Assembly (NCBI GenBank): GCA_053919585.1
Contig: CM132785.1
Direction: 5' to 3' (one strand)
DNA: 64,000 nucleotides
From: Euprymna scolopes
Taxonomy: Eukaryota
Shown here: positions 1 to 9,720 of the stretch, piece after piece
Position numbering within the stretch: position 1 is the first letter of the stretch
Layout: each line of letters starts with the position of its first letter
The notes under the pieces: generated by a model
What the model saw: only the letters and a program-made list of their open reading frames with translations
What the model was told of the DNA's origin: nothing
Databases searched by the model: none
Made by a program: the position numbers and the translations under genes

Positions 1-660
1 ATGGTTTAATAACTTTCTTTTCCCCTCAAAAAATAAGCATGTGTGCTCCTTTGTTCATAAACATCAGTCATCTTAAACTTCATGCCTTTTTTACGAGACA
101 CTCATTTAGCTAAACCTACCTAATGAACACTCATTGCAAAACTACTAAAGTTGGAATGATTTGAATTAATATTCTTAAACACGTAAATAAATGTTGTCAT
201 TTTATTTCAATACAGCAATCTCAAGTTCTTTGTCAAGTGTCGCCGTTTTTCCGAAGTTATTCAAATTTTTTATTTTATGTGTGAGGATGTGGTTTGGTGG
301 AAGCCTTTTGCAAATTGGAGATTATATTAAATTTACCATTAATGGGCTTGTGGATACTCTAATACTTTCAACTTCTAGAGACTCCTGCACCTACAACCTC
401 GATCCCCAAAATTGATAGATCCCGATTATAATTGTCGACCCACACCCTTAACCTACAAATCTGACCAGAGATATACAGAATAAGAAACAATGAAATGGAG
501 TTTCATTCTCTATTAATAAATAACTTTATTTGTTATCTTCGTTAATAGCGTGTACATGAGAGAAACAGGTTTGGAGAGTTCAGTGTTCATGCGTGCTTGT
601 ATTTATAGTAGTTGTGAAAAGAGTTCCTGATGTGGAGACGAAGATTAGACTTTAGTCAGG

Positions 661-939
661 CCTGTTGAAGGAGAAAGAAAGGGAAAGATATTCAGTGTGT
701 TTACGTGTTGTCGTGTGTGTGTGTGTGTGTGTGTGTGTGTCGGTGTATCAACGAGAATAGTTCTGTAGCATGATAAATCAAGTTTGTTTGTTGCACTCAC
801 GTTCAGTCTGGGGCCAAATTCCCAGGCTAATGTCTGCTACCAACTGAAGCCAGGGAGTAAGAGAGTAAGAGAGAGAAAGCATTCTTGATTTTACCTTTTA
901 TACACTCGGTCATGTGACTGAGAGCTGGCTTGTGATTGG
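661..939 (-). promoter_or_regulatory. Candidate Pol II promoter plus short first exon and 139-bp intron of a leftward transcript
   Basis: Minus strand, in order: CCAAT (939-935), GTCACATGAC E-box (918-909), TATAAAAG (902-895), pyrimidine-rich start region, donor GTGAGT at 800, CTGAA branch-like site near 695, polypyrimidine tract CTTTCCCTTTCTTTCTCCTTCAACAG with acceptor ending at 662. No long ORF follows in the window. Confidence 0.45.
714..740. repeat. (GT)n microsatellite
   Basis: Direct reading of the sequence. Confidence 0.95.
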
Positions 940-1413
940 ACAAGCCAGGGAGAAAATGGATTTCAAATCTCGAACTGCGAGTATTACCTCCTGCCTGTGA
1001 TTGTAGCGAGTTTCGGCTGCTACAGCTATATTAGTTTGGAAGCCAACGGAATATGATGATCGATTTCTCATTAACTGAACCAAATTGCTATAAAACTGTA
1101 ACTACTTTTGCTAAGATAATGTTGTTTTAATCTTTATTTTATGCAAAAAGCTTAAAAAATGTTCAATACCCGAGAATTTGTAAGAATTCTCAAATCAGAA
1201 ATTTTATAAGGTTACAAAGTAATTCATTATTAACAAAAGATTAAAGTGGCTAACTTGTTTACTTAAGACATCGAAATGCATTCTGATGGATTTAATTTCC
1301 AAATAAAAATTATATTTTTGAAATGGGATTAAAAAAGTTCACTTTACTATTTTACGTTATTACATTTTTATTTCAATATTAATTTCAAGATTAAAAGTAG
1401 ATTAAAAAGAAAT

Positions 1414-1461
1414 TAGTCTCGCAAGTAACTGCGAGACAAACAAAATGTTACTTAGAGACTA
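1414..1461 (+). other. Candidate Helentron-type left terminus (subterminal IR + hairpin)
   Basis: Perfect 8-bp hairpin GTCTCGCA-agtaac-TGCGAGAC (1416-1437). TAGTCTCGCAAGTAAC (1414-1429) also has a near-perfect inverted copy GTTACTTAGAGACTA (1447-1461). Confidence 0.55.
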
Positions 1462-1671
1462 CTATTGTGTAATCCAGCGTAGGGTACCGGTAGAAAAAAT
1501 AAAAAATTAATTTACTTGAGACATACTTATTGAACATTTTCTGAAATAGTACAATAATTACCTTGACATTCTTCTGTTTAGTTTAAGATATCATTTTCAG
1601 ATATTTTGATACTAATACCGTTATTAAAAAAATAAAAATTGCCGGATTTTAGTTTCATCAGAGTTTTCCAC

Positions 1672-1730
1672 GACAACCTAAACAAACCACTATTCGTACT
1701 ACCATAATAACAGCAACACAGAGAGAGAGG

Positions 1731-1768
<38 letters not shown>

Positions 1769-3007
1769 GAGGGGGGCTACTGTTCAATATTTGTGTAAAA
1801 TATTACATAACTGATTTTTCCCCTATTTTTGATTATCCGTTACATTACTACCGGTGATTTTGTGGCCTGTCAAGAATATATTATGAATATATTATTATCA
1901 TTTTTAATTTTGTAACTGGCTGTAACATTTTCTTGCATTATTTACAACTTTTTGCAAGATATATTTTCAACTACAACGTAAACAAACCACTATTCGTACT
2001 ACCATAATAACAGCAACACAGAGAGAGAGGGAGAGAGAGACAGACAGACAGACAGACAGAGAGGGGAGGGCTACTGTTCAGTATTTGTGTAAAATATTAC
2101 ATGTAACATTTTCTTGCATTATTTTCAACACGTAAGCGTACTATTTTTTTTGTTGTTGTTTGTTTACAAATACTGTGTCAATAAAATTCTTACTTTCTTT
2201 TATATTATTAAGAAAATAATAGCGTGTTACAATTAGTGCATGAGCACCAACATTTTTACTATAAGGGACTTACGTAGGACTCCTGGGACTTACGTAGGAC
2301 CCCCCCCCCTGGAGTAAATGTGGTATTGCGGTGATTTTGTGGCCTGTCAAGAATATATTATGAATATATTATTATCATTTTTAATTTTGTAACTGGCTGT
2401 AACATTTTCTTGCATTATTTACAACTTTTTGTAAATAATGCAAGATATATTTTCAACTACAACGTAAACAAACCACTATTCGTACTACCATAATAACAGC
2501 AACACAGAGAGAGAGGGAGAGAGAGAGACAGACAGACAGACAGAGAGGGGAGGGCTACTGTTCAGTATTTGTGTAAAATATTACATGTAACATTTTCTTG
2601 CATTATTTTCAACACGTAAGCGTACTATTTTTTTTTGTTGTTGTTTGTTTACAAATACTGTGTCAATAAAATTCTTACTTTCTTTTATATTATTAAGAAA
2701 ATAATAGCGTGTTACAATTAGTGCATGCGCACCAACATTTTTACTATAAGGGACTTACGTAGGACTCCTGGGACTTACATAGGACCCCCCCCTGGAGTGA
2801 ATGTGGTATTGCGGTGATTTTGTGGCCTGTCAAGAATATATTATGAATATATTATTATCATTTTTAATTTTGTAACTGGCTGTAACATTTTCTTGCATTA
2901 TTTACAACTTTTTGTAAATAATGCAAGATATATTTTCAACTACAACGTAAACAAACCACTATTCGTACTACCATAATAACAGCAACACAGAGAGAGAGAG
3001 AGAGAGG

Positions 3008-3039
<32 letters not shown>

Positions 3040-3338
3040 GAGGGGAGGGCTACTGTTCAGTATTTGTGTAAAATATTACATGTAACATTTTCTTGCATTA
3101 TTTTCAACACGTAAGCGTACTATTTTTTTTGTTGTTGTTTGTTTACAAATACTGTCAATAAAATTCTTACTTTCTTTTATATTATTAAGAAAATAATAGC
3201 GTGTTACAATTAGTGCATGAGCACCAACATTTTTACTATAAGGGACTTACGTAGGACTCCTGGGACTTACGTAGTACCCCCCTGGAGTAAATGTGGTATT
3301 GCGGTGATTTTGTGGCCTGTCAAGAATATATTATGAAT
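1672..3338. repeat. Tandem array of ~485-bp units containing (GA)n/(GACA)n microsatellites
   Basis: Marker AAACAAACCACTATTCGTACTACC recurs at about 1680, 1980, 2466 and 2949. The first unit is shorter (~300 bp). Units are nearly identical. Confidence 0.95.
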
Positions 3339-3531
3339 GATGGCAATAAAAAAGTATATGATAAAATTGCTGAAAAAGCTAGAAAAGCTGAATATTATTG
3401 AAAAAATAAAGATAAAATAAAACAAAGAGTTCAGAATTATAAAAAAAAAACTCAAAGCGGTAAATAATGATACTTATAAAAAAAAGCAAAAAGAGTCAAA
3501 TAAAAAATATTTCAATAAAAATAGAGAAAAA

Positions 3532-4194
3532 ATGCATGCGAAAATGGCCCAGTATTATAAAATAAATAGAGAAAAAATTTGTGCAAAAGCATATTATAAC
3601 AAATATAAAAATAAACATAGAAAAAAAGCATCTAAATTTACTTGCAAATTCGAAATGTCAAGCAAAGATGCTAATTTTCATCGACACAATGAAAATCAAA
3701 TTAATAACAGTGACTACAGAATATCAATGACTCGTCTGTGTAGAATCGAAGATGGCTGTCCAGACTCAGCTCAGAAATTGGAATATGCTAAAAGATTGCA
3801 TAACAATTTGTCTGATTTGAGTCCGAATTTGACAATTGCTCAAATGAGGAAGAAATTGGATAGTTTCCAAAGTTGCAAAGGTATGCATTCTGATAGAATT
3901 TATTGCTGTGGCCAAAGTGATTGCACGGACAAGCTGGCCCTGCTGAAACTCTTGTCACCACACTCGCAACACCTGAGAACAGTGATCAGAAAAATATATC
4001 GATTATTGTCGATTGGAACATGGCTTAACAAATATGACATCGCAATACTTGAAGGGGACTGGTCAATATATAGTGAGTTAATTTACCAGGTTAGCAGGGA
4101 TGCTACTATTTCTGACCTTTACAATGAATCCTTTTCAAATGAAAATGAATTTCACACTGAGGTTTATGTTACAACAAAATATGCCAATTTGTAA
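3532..4194 (+). CDS. N-terminal fragment of the element's RepHel-like protein (basic Y-x-x-N-R-E-K repeats, Cys/His-rich segment)
   Basis: 220-aa ORF directly upstream of the helicase on the same strand. Lys/Tyr-rich repeats continue upstream through stops to about 3340. No diagnostic domain recognised. Confidence 0.45.
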   Translation: MHAKMAQYYKINREKICAKAYYNKYKNKHRKKASKFTCKFEMSSKDANFHRHNENQINNSDYRISMTRLCRIEDGCPDSAQKLEYAKRLHNNLSDLSPNLTIAQMRKKLDSFQSCKGMHSDRIYCCGQSDCTDKLALLKLLSPHSQHLRTVIRKIYRLLSIGTWLNKYDIAILEGDWSIYSELIYQVSRDATISDLYNESFSNENEFHTEVYVTTKYANL

Positions 4195-4196
4195 TC

Positions 4197-5950
4197 TGTA
4201 AATCATATGAGCAATCATTACATCAAAATGCTCCATATTTGTCTGAAATGACAAATTATGAAAGTATTAAGAAAAAAATTAAAGATGCTATTGAAATAAA
4301 CAAAAAAATAGAGCAAAAATCTAAAAATTATGAAAATGAAAATAACGCTGATGATGATCAAATTGATTGCGATCCTAATATGGCTAAAGAGGCAGATAAA
4401 AATGAAGCTGATTTGAATATGCCTCAAATCAGACATGTCACTGAAGTTCAAGTTTTAGAAAATGAGCAAAAATTGAATTTCATTCAAAAAGAAATTTATA
4501 ATGAAATTATTTCCAAACTTGAGCAACAAAATCTTCATTGGAATGAGGAAAATCCTATTCACAGGTGCAATTGTGACGATTGTCCACAAATTCTCAAATT
4601 TATTAATGGTTTTGTGGATGTGGGCAAATCTTTTCTGATCAATGCACTGGCAGATAAAATTACTCTCACATATCCTGCCATCAATGGACCCAGTGTAGTT
4701 ATTTGTGCTCCTACTGGTGTCAGTGCTTACATTTTGAAAGGATCTACATGCCATAGTCTTTCAACTAAATATGCAGCATGGTTCTACACCTAAATATGAA
4801 CCATTATCAAAGGATAAAATAAAAAGTTTGAGAACCATGCTTGGATATGCGAGATTATTCATTATTGATGAAATAAGCATGGTTAGTCACTTGCAATTAG
4901 CATTTATTCACCAACGTTTGCAAGATGTTTTTGGTGATATTAGGAAACAAGTGTATCCATTTGCAAACATGTCAATTGTTGCATTTGGTGATTTATTTCA
5001 GCTTCCACCTGTTAATGAAAAACCTGTATTTTCCAAAATATCTATTCAAGATGCTAGAAAATCAAATTTGGGAATTGCTGGTATAAATTTGTGGTCATAT
5101 TTCGATTATGATGAATTGACCATAAATGTGCGACAAAAAGATGACAATGAAAACTTTGTTAATATTCTTAACAGAATAAGACTTGGGTCACCAACTGATT
5201 AGGATATTGAGATCTTGAAAAGGCATCGAATCAATCCTAAACAAAAAGCAAATATTGATCAAGTTACTGATCTTTTGCAAAATTTGCAAAAGAAAATGCA
5301 TATTATTTGCATTGTACCCACAAATGAATCTGCTGAGGAAGTGAATTATAAAATGTTGAAAAAAAATAATATTCATATCATTGAAATTTCAGCAACTGAT
5401 TCCAACTTAAGACAAAAAACCGTAACAAAAAAAAAAAAAAATCAAAACAGACACCAAAAACTTCTAAACTTAAAAAGATTTCTGACACAGCTGGACTTGA
5501 AACTGTGCTTAAAATTGGAATTGGTGCTAGATGCATGTTGCGTCGAAATATTGATATTGAAAAAGGACTTTGCAATGGTACAATGGGTACAGTCACTGAA
5601 ATACAAATGAAAGATAGCAAAGTTGTTGCTGTGACTGTAAAATTTGATCATATGCAGTCAATGTTGAATTTGTGCAAGCTGACTATGAACTTTCTCCTGG
5701 ACTCTTTGTGACTAGATCTCAAATACCTTTGTCACTCAGCTATGCTTTAACTGTCCACAAAACCCAAGGTATTTCAGTCGATGGTATCATTGTTGACTTG
5801 GGATCTGATGTCTTTTCAGATGGAATGGCCTATGTAGCTTTGTCACGTGCTAGAAAGCTGTGCAATGTCTATTTGATTGACCTTGACCCTCATAAATTGA
5901 CCATGTGTAACAAAAGTGCATGGACTGAATATAATAGATTGAGGGCCAAA
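4197..5950 (+). pseudogene. Disrupted PIF1-family (SF1B) DNA helicase
   Basis: Motifs spread over five ORF pieces: LNxxQ, degenerate Walker A FINGFVDVGKS, APTGVSA..GSTCH, IIDEISMV, FGDLFQLPPV, ELTINVRQ, LRRNIDIEKGLCNGTMG, QIPLSLSYALTVHKTQG, GMAYVALSRAR. Frameshifts near 4760, 5435 (poly-A) and 5655; in-frame TAG at 5200-5202. Confidence 0.93.
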
Positions 5951-6988
5951 AGAGACAGGGTTGATTTGCCACCGCTTCCTCCTTGTTCTGTTATGCCTCA
6001 AAGTTTGTCATTGTACAAACAGACTTATAAACGAAAAAAAACAATCGTTATAGATCATGATTTGAAGCAAAAACATAATAGTCCAAATAGAAAATGGCTG
6101 AAAATAGACAATTCAATTTCTCAAAATAATTTGGACCTCAAATTGATCAATGAAAGAAATGCTTGTTTTGCTAACAGTATTGTTCAGACAATTTACCACC
6201 TTCCTTTGTTGTCTAACATCATTAAAAGCATTCCAAACATTGATTTGCCAATTCAGCAATTAAAAAGATTGCTTGTCCCTGGCACTCACAGTGTTGCTGA
6301 TCTTAGAGAATCAATCGGAGGCGTTTTTAATAGTGGCCAACAAGAATGTGCTATTGCATTTTGGGAATTTTTGATAAACAAGTGTCCTGACAGTGCCAAA
6401 CAATTATTCACTTTTGAAGAAAGTAAAGTGATGAAATGTCTTAGAATACACAAACAAAACTGCCAAAGACTACAAGATAGTGAATGTAATTGCACCTTTA
6501 AAGTTGGCTGTGGGTTCCAAACCTTGCAGATTGCTGGAATACCACAGAGATTAGTTATTCAACTTCATCCTACTGATGGTCGACAGCAATTTAAAAGTTT
6601 GCTCAAAACTGATGCTTCAGTGCTCAAACATTGTATCAAATGTCAGCAAAATACTGAGCACTTGGAAAATGTCACTAGAACGTTTCCTACTGCAATGAAA
6701 TATTTGTGTGTTCAAATAAATAGATTTATGTTTGAAAATTATAATCCTCGGCGAATTAATGCTGAAATTATGAATTTCAGTACAAAAAAACAAAATATTT
6801 TTGGAACAAATTTCAAAGTAAAAACAGCTATTCTGCACACTTTGAATGGAGTCGATTTTGGGCATTATACTTGCATTGTTAGAAATAATATTAAGTGGAA
6901 TATTGTCAGTGACACTAACTTTTCTAATAATGTCAATTTTCCTTCCAAAATGTCCAATATTGTTGGCATTTTTTTTGAAAAAATATAA
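5672..6988 (+). CDS. PIF1 C-terminus fused in frame to a ubiquitin-specific protease (peptidase C19/USP) domain
   Basis: Cys box LINERNACFANSIVQTIYHLP; QQD-like box FNSGQQECAIAF; CxxC (CIKC); YLCVQINRF; His box AILHTLNGVDFGHYTCIVRNNIKWNIVSD. Open for 438 codons. Confidence 0.85.
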   Translation: MQADYELSPGLFVTRSQIPLSLSYALTVHKTQGISVDGIIVDLGSDVFSDGMAYVALSRARKLCNVYLIDLDPHKLTMCNKSAWTEYNRLRAKRDRVDLPPLPPCSVMPQSLSLYKQTYKRKKTIVIDHDLKQKHNSPNRKWLKIDNSISQNNLDLKLINERNACFANSIVQTIYHLPLLSNIIKSIPNIDLPIQQLKRLLVPGTHSVADLRESIGGVFNSGQQECAIAFWEFLINKCPDSAKQLFTFEESKVMKCLRIHKQNCQRLQDSECNCTFKVGCGFQTLQIAGIPQRLVIQLHPTDGRQQFKSLLKTDASVLKHCIKCQQNTEHLENVTRTFPTAMKYLCVQINRFMFENYNPRRINAEIMNFSTKKQNIFGTNFKVKTAILHTLNGVDFGHYTCIVRNNIKWNIVSDTNFSNNVNFPSKMSNIVGIFFEKI

Positions 6989-7339
6989 AGGAAGCAAACA
7001 TTTGATAAAAACAAGGTCATACATTCAATAGAAATAAATAGTGGTGGTTTTTGCTTTTAAAATTCAACCATCATCTAGGCATGGCATGGGGATGTAACTG
7101 TTACTCTGCAGGCGAACAATAGCACTGTTATGAATCATAACTAAACTGGAGACACGATTTCTGCTTCAAGAGATAAATGTAATATAAAATTTTAACCGGA
7201 AAATTATTTTACTGAAAACTATTGATCAGTATTATTACACTCTAAAAAGGAAGATACTAGAGTTAAAAAAACAACAATTTTATTTACACTCAAGCAATTC
7301 AAAATTTATCTCAAAACTGACTCTTCAATTCGCAAATAT

Positions 7340-8115
7340 TGTCAACAAAATACTGAGCATTTGCAAAAAGCCACTAGAAATAGAATTTTTCTACTGCAAT
7401 GGAATATGTGTGTGTTCAAACAAATAGATTTTTATTTTAAAATTACGATCCTCAATGAATTAATTCCGAAATTATATATTTCAATAAATTTTTTTTGCAG
7501 AAATTTCATTGTAAAACCAGATATTCTTCACTTTTATGAAAGTCGATTTGGGCATTTTACTTGCCTTATTTAGAATAATAACAAGTGAAATATTATCAGT
7601 GACACCAATATTTCATATAATTTTAATTTTCATTCCAAAATGTCGTCCATCAATATTGGCATTTCTTTTGAAAAATATAAAAGAAACAAATAATTGAGAA
7701 AAATCAGACCATATATCCAATCGAAATAGCAAAAACTTGAGTGCTAACCTCCCAATCAGCGTGGTATGGGGCTATAACAGTATCCCTGCAGGCGAACGAT
7801 AGCACTTTTATGAATCACTTAAATTCAGAATTTAAAACAAATTTCTGTAAATTTTTTTTATGTAATACTTTTCCTGTGATCATTAGCATGTTCTATTAAT
7901 TAATAAATATAATTCTATTATTTTTATTGTTGCTTACGTTGTTGATGAATAGAATTTTAAAAAGTTAGGTATTTTCTTGAAAAAGGATTTCGGCCTCAAC
8001 AGAAAGATGTTCAACAAAATGTTTAACCATAAAATTTACCAAAAACTATTAATATTAAACTATAAAAAGAAAGATACTAGAATTTAAGCAAAAAATATTT
8101 TATTTCAACTCAATC
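7340..8115 (+). repeat. Diverged tandem duplicate of 6640-7300 (3' part of USP domain plus downstream sequence), frameshifted
   Basis: GTCAACAAAATACTGAGCATTTG vs GTCAGCAAAATACTGAGCACTTG; GTCGATTTGGGCATTTTACTTGC vs GTCGATTTTGGGCATTATACTTGC; CTGCAGGCGAACRATAGCACT and GAAGATACTAG-type segments in both copies. Confidence 0.9.
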
Positions 8116-9091
8116 AGATGTGCCTTATGCACTAATAAAAATGCAATTGGCATTTTGTTGAACTTTTTAAGATTTTAAATATTTATAAATTTTCTCATTA
8201 TAAAAAACGATTATTATATTGATTATAATTTTTTGACAGAAGAAATAAAATGAATTGCATAAAAAACATTAGAAGACAAATTTTTAAATCATAAGATAAA
8301 TCTAAAGTCACTAAATTATCAATAAAGTTTGTCATAATAATACATTTATTAGATTAATTTTAATTTGGAAAGATAGAAGTACAGTTAAAACATCCAGAAT
8401 CAGCGAATTCATTAAATTTTATCATAACAAAAACGATTGTTTTATTTCAATGCTATTGATAAGAAAATATTTGTTTTACTTGATTAAAATTAATTAAACA
8501 TAGATTATATCTGTAGTATATAAATATTTTTTATAATGAAACAATTTATTAATTTTTGCTGATTTACGATTTTTTCATTGCCGGTTTTTATTTTGCAAAT
8601 TAAAAATAATCCAATAATCTTTTTTGATAATGAAAAAATGTGCTGACAATTAAGTGATTAAAAATATTTGAATATTTTTTTAAATAAACAATAAATTAAA
8701 ATCAATTTACTAAATAATCATTTTTTTTTCAAGATTTATTTACACAATTTACTAATATTTATTGATATAATTGGATAATTTTGCATTGTTCTTCTAATGT
8801 TTTATATTCATTTTATTTCTTCTGTCAAAAAATTATAATCAATATAATAATCGTTTTTTATAATGAGAAAATTTATAAATATTTAAAATCTTAAAAAGTT
8901 CAACAAAATGCCAATTGCATTTTTATTAGTGCATAAGGCACATCTGATTGAGTTGAAATAAAATATTTTTTGCTTAAATTCTAGTATCTTTCTTTTTATA
9001 GTTTAATATTAATAGTTTTTGGTAAATTTTATGGTTAAACATTTTGTTGAACATCTTTCTGTTGAGGCCGAAATCCTTTTTCAAGAAAATA
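7970..9091. repeat. Large inverted repeat, ~286-bp arms (7970-8255 and 8806-9091), ~550-bp spacer
   Basis: TATTTTCTTGAAAAAGGATTTCGGCCTCAACAG... is the reverse complement of ...CTGTTGAGGCCGAAATCCTTTTTCAAGAAAATA. No mismatches noticed by eye. Confidence 0.95.
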
Positions 9092-9099
9092 ATATATAA

Positions 9100-9720
9100 G
9101 TCACGTAGAAGGAAGAAACGCGTGAAGACACAACTATTCAGACAATTTTATTATCAAGAGTTCTGCTGTCTGAATGTGCAATGTAGAGTTGTTTCCCTTG
9201 CACTGCACCTGTGTCACGTGACAATTGCTTGGCCTCACTTTGAGATTGTGTTGAAAACATGGCGTCGGCAAGCTCTTATCTACCAACGCCGATCATTACG
9301 CTCTCTGTGAATTCATCGACGACACCTGCCTCCATTGTTGCAGTTTTACTGAAACACTTACCGCCGTTGAAACCTCTTCTGTCTCCTTTGGTTCTGCCAG
9401 TCGTTACCTGCTATTCGTGTGATAACATTAACGCCATCAGTGTCCGTCGCCCTATCGCCGCCGGCCGTCTTTGACAACAGACCCGAAGAAGAAAAAATAT
9501 ATAAATGCTACAAAAGGAATAACAACTACCACCCAGAAAGAAAAGAAAAATAGCCAAAGCAACTTCGTCTGGTACATACATTTGTATCTATATACCCCAT
9601 ATATATATATATATATTTGTGTTATGATGTATATACTTGAAACAACAGTAAAACGCAGTATACGCACGCTTACAAACACTCGCTTACAACTCTATCTCTA
9701 CTGATTCGTATTCGTTCTAA
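9100..9720 (-). promoter_or_regulatory. CpG-rich segment: candidate promoter / non-coding first exon (about 9702-9362, minus)
   Basis: Locally GC/CpG-rich; minus-strand TCAGT initiator at 9704-9700; donor GCG|GTAAGT at 9361; palindromic TGTCACGTGACA at 9212-9223; YY1-like AACATGGCG near 9256-9264. Confidence 0.4.

Larger units (their letters stand above)
1414..9091 (+). mobile_element. Non-autonomous Helentron/Helitron-like element (Rep apparently deleted) carrying PIF1 helicase + USP domain; right end uncertain
   Basis: Left-end hairpin and inverted repeat at 1414-1461; internal ~485-bp tandem repeats; basic N-terminal ORF; full set of PIF1 motifs; no HUH/Y2 Rep motifs seen. Confidence 0.65.

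Noticed and set aside
191-415. ORF ending LDPQN, reminiscent of tarsal-less/pri peptides
   Set aside because: Lacks the LDPTGxY motif and the repeated short-ORF layout.
1672-3338. Regularly spaced repeats as a CRISPR-like array
   Set aside because: Whole units are repeated with no unique spacers, and the context is eukaryotic.
4197-5950. Host PIF1 gene
   Set aside because: Intronless, multiply disrupted, embedded in element-like repeats and fused to a non-PIF1 domain.
9259-9474. 71-aa ORF with good Kozak context (AAAACATGGCG)
   Set aside because: No recognisable homology; the motif is equally explained as a YY1-type promoter element.
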